Positions 60,501 to 64,000 of a stretch of 64,000 nt of DNA are shown here, in pieces (position 1 is the first letter of the stretch; every line of letters starts with the position of its first letter). Below the pieces are notes generated by a model. It did no database searches and was not told the DNA's origin. It saw only the letters and a list, made by a program, of their open reading frames with translations. The position numbers were made by a program, and so were the translations under genes. This DNA is from Oscillospiraceae bacterium. GTDB lineage: Bacteria; Pseudomonadota; Gammaproteobacteria; Burkholderiales; Burkholderiaceae_D. The DNA is taken from contig CAVKGJ010000103.1 of the NCBI GenBank assembly GCA_963655605.1, forward strand, positions 9,437 to 73,436, written 5' to 3'.

Positions 60501-61162
60501 CGGCCTTTTCCAAAATGATTCCCGTAATGACTGATACCGAAATGGCAACACGGATTGTCGAAGCCAGTCAGCTGCTAGTTTGCAATAGTATGAACCGTGG
60601 CGCTACCGGAAATATCAGTATCCGTCACAAAAGAGGATTTTTCATCACGCCCAGCGGAATTGCTCCGTCAAAAATGACACCGGATCTTATTTGCCGAATG
60701 GATATGGCAGGAGAATGCGAAAAAGGTATGAGACCCAGCAGCGAATGGCGTATTCACCGCGACATTTATCTGGCACGTCCAGAAGTGAATGCCATCATAC
60801 ACACGCACTCGACATTTGCGACGACCTTGGCATGCATGCAACTCAATGTCCCGCCCTTTCATTACATGATTGCCGTAACAGGCGGCAATACCATTCCCTG
60901 TGCACCCTATGCCCTGTTCGGAAGCCAGGAACTGTCCGATGCCGTACTCGGCACTCTCGGAAAAGGTTACGCCTGTCTGATGGCTCATCACGGAATGGTT
61001 GCCATCGGAAATAGTCTGGATCACGCACTGTCGATCGCCATTGAGGTCGAATCGCTATGCGAACAGTACTGGAGGATTCTCCAGATAGGCCATCCCGTGT
61101 TGCTGTCTGAAGAACAGATGCATGAAGTTCACGGGAAATTCAGGGATTATTTCAAAAAATAA
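60497..61162 (+). CDS. class II aldolase, FucA/Ald2-like (probable 5-methylthio-/5-deoxy-ribulose-1-phosphate aldolase)
   Basis: GNIS, TPSG, PSSEW..H, HTHS, FHYMIA..GG, HHG metal ligands. ATGA overlap with mtnP. Substrate inferred from context. Confidence 0.8.
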   Translation: MTAFSKMIPVMTDTEMATRIVEASQLLVCNSMNRGATGNISIRHKRGFFITPSGIAPSKMTPDLICRMDMAGECEKGMRPSSEWRIHRDIYLARPEVNAIIHTHSTFATTLACMQLNVPPFHYMIAVTGGNTIPCAPYALFGSQELSDAVLGTLGKGYACLMAHHGMVAIGNSLDHALSIAIEVESLCEQYWRILQIGHPVLLSEEQMHEVHGKFRDYFKK

Positions 61163-61185
61163 ATCAACTTTTTTCAGAATCGTTT

Positions 61186-61713
61186 ATGTCTCTTACCGCT
61201 TACATTCGTACCATTGCCGATTATCCGCAAAAAGGAATCAAATTCCGTGATATCACCACCCTGCTTCATAACCCGACCGGCCTCAAGGCGGCGATTGATC
61301 AGCTGGTGGAGCATTATAAAAACGCCCGGATCGACCGGATTGCCGTCATTGAATCCCGTGGTTTTCTTCTGGGAGCACCACTTGCCTATCTGATGAATGC
61401 CGGTCTGGTATTGATCCGGAAAAAAGGAAAACTGCCAGCCAAGACAATCAGCGAAGATTACGACATGGAATACGGAACCAATACCATCGAAGTCCATACC
61501 GATGCCATTTCTTCCGGTGACCGTATTCTTCTTGTCGACGACCTGATAGCGACAGGCGGAACCGCCGAAGCAGCCGTCAGGCTGATCCGGAAATGTGGCG
61601 GCGAAGTTGTCGAATGCGCTTTCCTTGTCGATCTGCCGGAACTGGGTGGTAATGAACGTCTCCAGAAAATCGGATGTCCGACTTTCGCTCTTTGCGCTTT
61701 CGATGGAGAATAA
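61186..61713 (+). CDS. apt: adenine phosphoribosyltransferase
   Basis: DYP..GI.FRDIT, ESRGF, RKKGKLP, YDMEYG, VDDLIATGGT. Confidence 0.96.
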   Translation: MSLTAYIRTIADYPQKGIKFRDITTLLHNPTGLKAAIDQLVEHYKNARIDRIAVIESRGFLLGAPLAYLMNAGLVLIRKKGKLPAKTISEDYDMEYGTNTIEVHTDAISSGDRILLVDDLIATGGTAEAAVRLIRKCGGEVVECAFLVDLPELGGNERLQKIGCPTFALCAFDGE

Positions 61714-61717
61714 AACC

Positions 61718-62785
61718 GTGAACGAAACAGAACAGGTCGAAACACTGCGCTGGAATGGCAGACAGATCGAAATGATCGACCAGAGGCTGTTGCCGATGCA
61801 AAAGGAATATGTCACATGCGATTCCGCCAGAAGCGTTGCCGACGCCATCCGGACCATGGTCGTCAGAGGCGCACCGGCCATCGGTGTCGCAGCTGCCTAC
61901 GGAATCGCACTGGAAGCGGCCAGACTTTCTGGAGAAACGCCATCCCGGTTTGCCGAAAAGATGAATGACGGTTTTGCCACTCTGGCTGCCAGCAGGCCGA
62001 CCGCAGTCAATCTTTTCTGGGCACTCGACAAGATGAAAAAACTCTGGTCGGAAAACAGCGACAAACCATTGGCCGATCTGGCGGCTATCCTGCTTCAGGA
62101 AGCGCATGACATACTGGCGGAAGATATCAGGATCAACCGGACGATGGGCCAGTACGGTGCCGCGCTTCTCAACGATGGCGACAGGGTATTGACCCATTGC
62201 AACGCCGGAGCATTGGCTACAGCAGGCCATGGCACGGCACTCGGTGTTTTCCGTTCGGCAGTCGAAGCAGGAAAACGCATTTCCGTTTTTGCCGATGAAA
62301 CCCGTCCGTTTTTGCAGGGCGCCCGTCTGACAACCTGGGAAATGGTTCAGGAAAACATACCCGTGACATTGATAACCGACAACATGTCCGGTTATCTGAT
62401 GAGTCGCGGAGAAATCGACGCGGTTGTTGTCGGCACAGACCGTGTCGCCGCCAACGGCGACGTCGCCAACAAAATCGGGACATATATGGTTGCCGTTCTG
62501 GCAAAACGCCACAATATTCCATTTTATGTCGCCTGTCCGCTTTCCACGATTGATCTGTCCCTTCCTGCCGGAAACAGTATCCCCATCGAGGAACGGCCGG
62601 CCGAAGAAGTGAAAGGTTTTCGTGACTGTCACTGGGCTCCCGAGGGCGTCGCCATCAGAAATCCCGCTTTCGATGTCACACCGGCCGAACTGGTAACAGC
62701 CCTGATCACAGAAAAGGGTATTGTAGACAACGCGACTTTGATCAACGGTGGGCTTGCTAGTTTCGTAAGAAAACACCGACCATGA
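61718..62785 (+). CDS. mtnA: S-methyl-5-thioribose-1-phosphate isomerase
   Basis: DQRLLP, VRGAPAIG, RPTAVNL, THCNAGALAT, ETRP.LQGARLT, ANKIGTY, NPAFDVTP. GTG start with GGAGA RBS. Confidence 0.96.
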   Translation: MNETEQVETLRWNGRQIEMIDQRLLPMQKEYVTCDSARSVADAIRTMVVRGAPAIGVAAAYGIALEAARLSGETPSRFAEKMNDGFATLAASRPTAVNLFWALDKMKKLWSENSDKPLADLAAILLQEAHDILAEDIRINRTMGQYGAALLNDGDRVLTHCNAGALATAGHGTALGVFRSAVEAGKRISVFADETRPFLQGARLTTWEMVQENIPVTLITDNMSGYLMSRGEIDAVVVGTDRVAANGDVANKIGTYMVAVLAKRHNIPFYVACPLSTIDLSLPAGNSIPIEERPAEEVKGFRDCHWAPEGVAIRNPAFDVTPAELVTALITEKGIVDNATLINGGLASFVRKHRP

Positions 62786-62795
62786 ATTGTACCGT

Positions 62796-63824
62796 TCAGA
62801 CAAAAACCGGTTCCGGTTCGAGCTGAACCGAAAAACGGTTGAAAACATCCTTTTCAATCGCTTTTGCCAGCGCAATGATATCCTTTCCACTGGCCTTGCC
62901 GTAATTGACAAGGACAAGCGCCTGCTTTTCGCAAACACCTGCATCACCGATCCTCCGCCCTTTCCAGCCACACTGGTCAATTAGCCAGCCTGCGGCAATA
63001 CGGTAATGGCCATCGGACCGACCGTATGCCGGGATATCCGGATACTTTTTTTTCAGTGCTGACAATCTCCCTGCCGAAACGGTCGGATTTTTGAAAAAAC
63101 TGCCGGCATTGCCCAAAATTTTTGGATCCGGCAACTTTCGCTGGCGGATTTTCACGATGATCCTGCCGATTTCGGCTGGAGAGGGATGGATAATTCCCGA
63201 TTGTTCCAGTTCTTTTCCGACATCGGCATACGCTACATTGGGACGCCAGTTTTTCGGTAAGGCGAATGTGACATCCACAATGACCAGTCTGCCTTTCATG
63301 GCATTTTTGAAGATACTGTTGCGATAGGCGAACCGGCAATCGGACTTGTCCAGTTCAACGATTTCCCCATTTTCAAAATCGAATGCCCTAAGAGAAAAAA
63401 AACAATCCTGCACTTCGGCGCCATAAGCGCCGATATTCTGGACTGGCGCAGCTCCCACTGTTCCGGGAATCCACGAAAGATTCTCGAGCCCCCCCAATCC
63501 TTTTTCCAGAGTCCAGAGAACCAGATCATGCCATTTTTCTCCTGCTGCGGCCCTCACATAGGTATATCTGTCATCCTCTTTTTCCAGATAAATCCCCTTT
63601 ATACCCATATGCATGACCAACCCTTCGAAACGGCCTGTCAACAGGATATTGCTGCCACTGCCGACAACCAGCTTGGGCAATGCCATCAGACAGGGAGAAC
63701 CATGAACTCGTACCAGATCATCTACGGTACTCACATCCATGCAAGCCAGGGCACTCACCTCCATTCCGAAGGTATTGAGAGGCTTCAAGGAAACATCACG
63801 TTTGATGAAATCGGGAAAATTCAT
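62796..63824 (-). CDS. murB: UDP-N-acetylenolpyruvoylglucosamine reductase
   Basis: NTFG, GSGSN, GLENLSWIPG.VGAAPVQNIGAYG, GNAGSFFKNP, LEPEP. Confidence 0.97.
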   Translation of the reverse strand: MNFPDFIKRDVSLKPLNTFGMEVSALACMDVSTVDDLVRVHGSPCLMALPKLVVGSGSNILLTGRFEGLVMHMGIKGIYLEKEDDRYTYVRAAAGEKWHDLVLWTLEKGLGGLENLSWIPGTVGAAPVQNIGAYGAEVQDCFFSLRAFDFENGEIVELDKSDCRFAYRNSIFKNAMKGRLVIVDVTFALPKNWRPNVAYADVGKELEQSGIIHPSPAEIGRIIVKIRQRKLPDPKILGNAGSFFKNPTVSAGRLSALKKKYPDIPAYGRSDGHYRIAAGWLIDQCGWKGRRIGDAGVCEKQALVLVNYGKASGKDIIALAKAIEKDVFNRFSVQLEPEPVFV

Positions 63825-63945
63825 AGTCGCCAAGCAAGAATATCAATACCGGGTAGCATACAGGATTTTTGTTCGCTACAATTCAGGTTTCAATCTTAAT
63901 GATTATTGATGTCTTCTGTCGAGAAATTTGAAAAAAAGGTGAGAT

Positions 63946-64000
63946 ATGCCCTCTTTTGACGTAGTATCCGAAGCCAATATGGTCGAAGTCCGCAATGCCG
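63946..64000 (+). CDS. yajQ: YajQ family nucleotide-binding protein (3'-truncated by window edge)
   Basis: MPSFDVVSEANMVEVRNA is the typical YajQ N-terminus. Divergent from murB. Confidence 0.85.
   Translation, partial: MPSFDVVSEANMVEVRNA

Noticed and set aside
60497..61162. Calling the aldolase fucA or mtnB
   Set aside because: No fucose genes nearby. The motifs are aldolase-type, and the mtnP/mtnA context without mtnC/D favours Ald2-like function.
61577..62980. 467-aa antisense ORF over apt/mtnA
   Set aside because: Shadow ORF with no independent coding evidence.

Overview
Core chromosomal region of a Burkholderiales betaproteobacterium. Gene sequences and order point to Oxalobacteraceae, probably an Oxalobacter-like anaerobe (inference, not shown directly). 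Contents in order: holC, dadA, ychJ, bioA-bioD-bioB-ghrA, 6S RNA/zapA, cmk-rpsA-ihfB-lapA-lapB-rfaE1, uvrD, cls, a TPP-riboswitch thiC-S-G-D-E operon, valS, a hydratase pseudogene, DUF815 ATPase, argJ, secA, dciA, lpxC, the full dcw cluster (mraZ to ftsZ) with MraZ boxes, RNase P RNA, ybhP-clsB, waaA, a sensor-less histidine kinase, orn, M48 protease-rsgA, argF-argG, a mtnP-class II aldolase-apt-mtnA operon, murB and the start of yajQ. I found no mobile elements, CRISPR arrays, rRNA or tRNA. The most notable item is the compact mtnP-ald2-apt-mtnA operon, a probable O2-independent DHAP shunt for 5'-methylthioadenosine/5'-deoxyadenosine with adenine salvage built in. Also notable: a thiamine operon lacking thiO/thiH, atypical nucleotides in the TPP aptamer and RNase P P4 helix, the orphan kinase, and apparent loss of oxygen-related genes from conserved positions. 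All gene calls come from motif recognition and recalled synteny; no searches were run.
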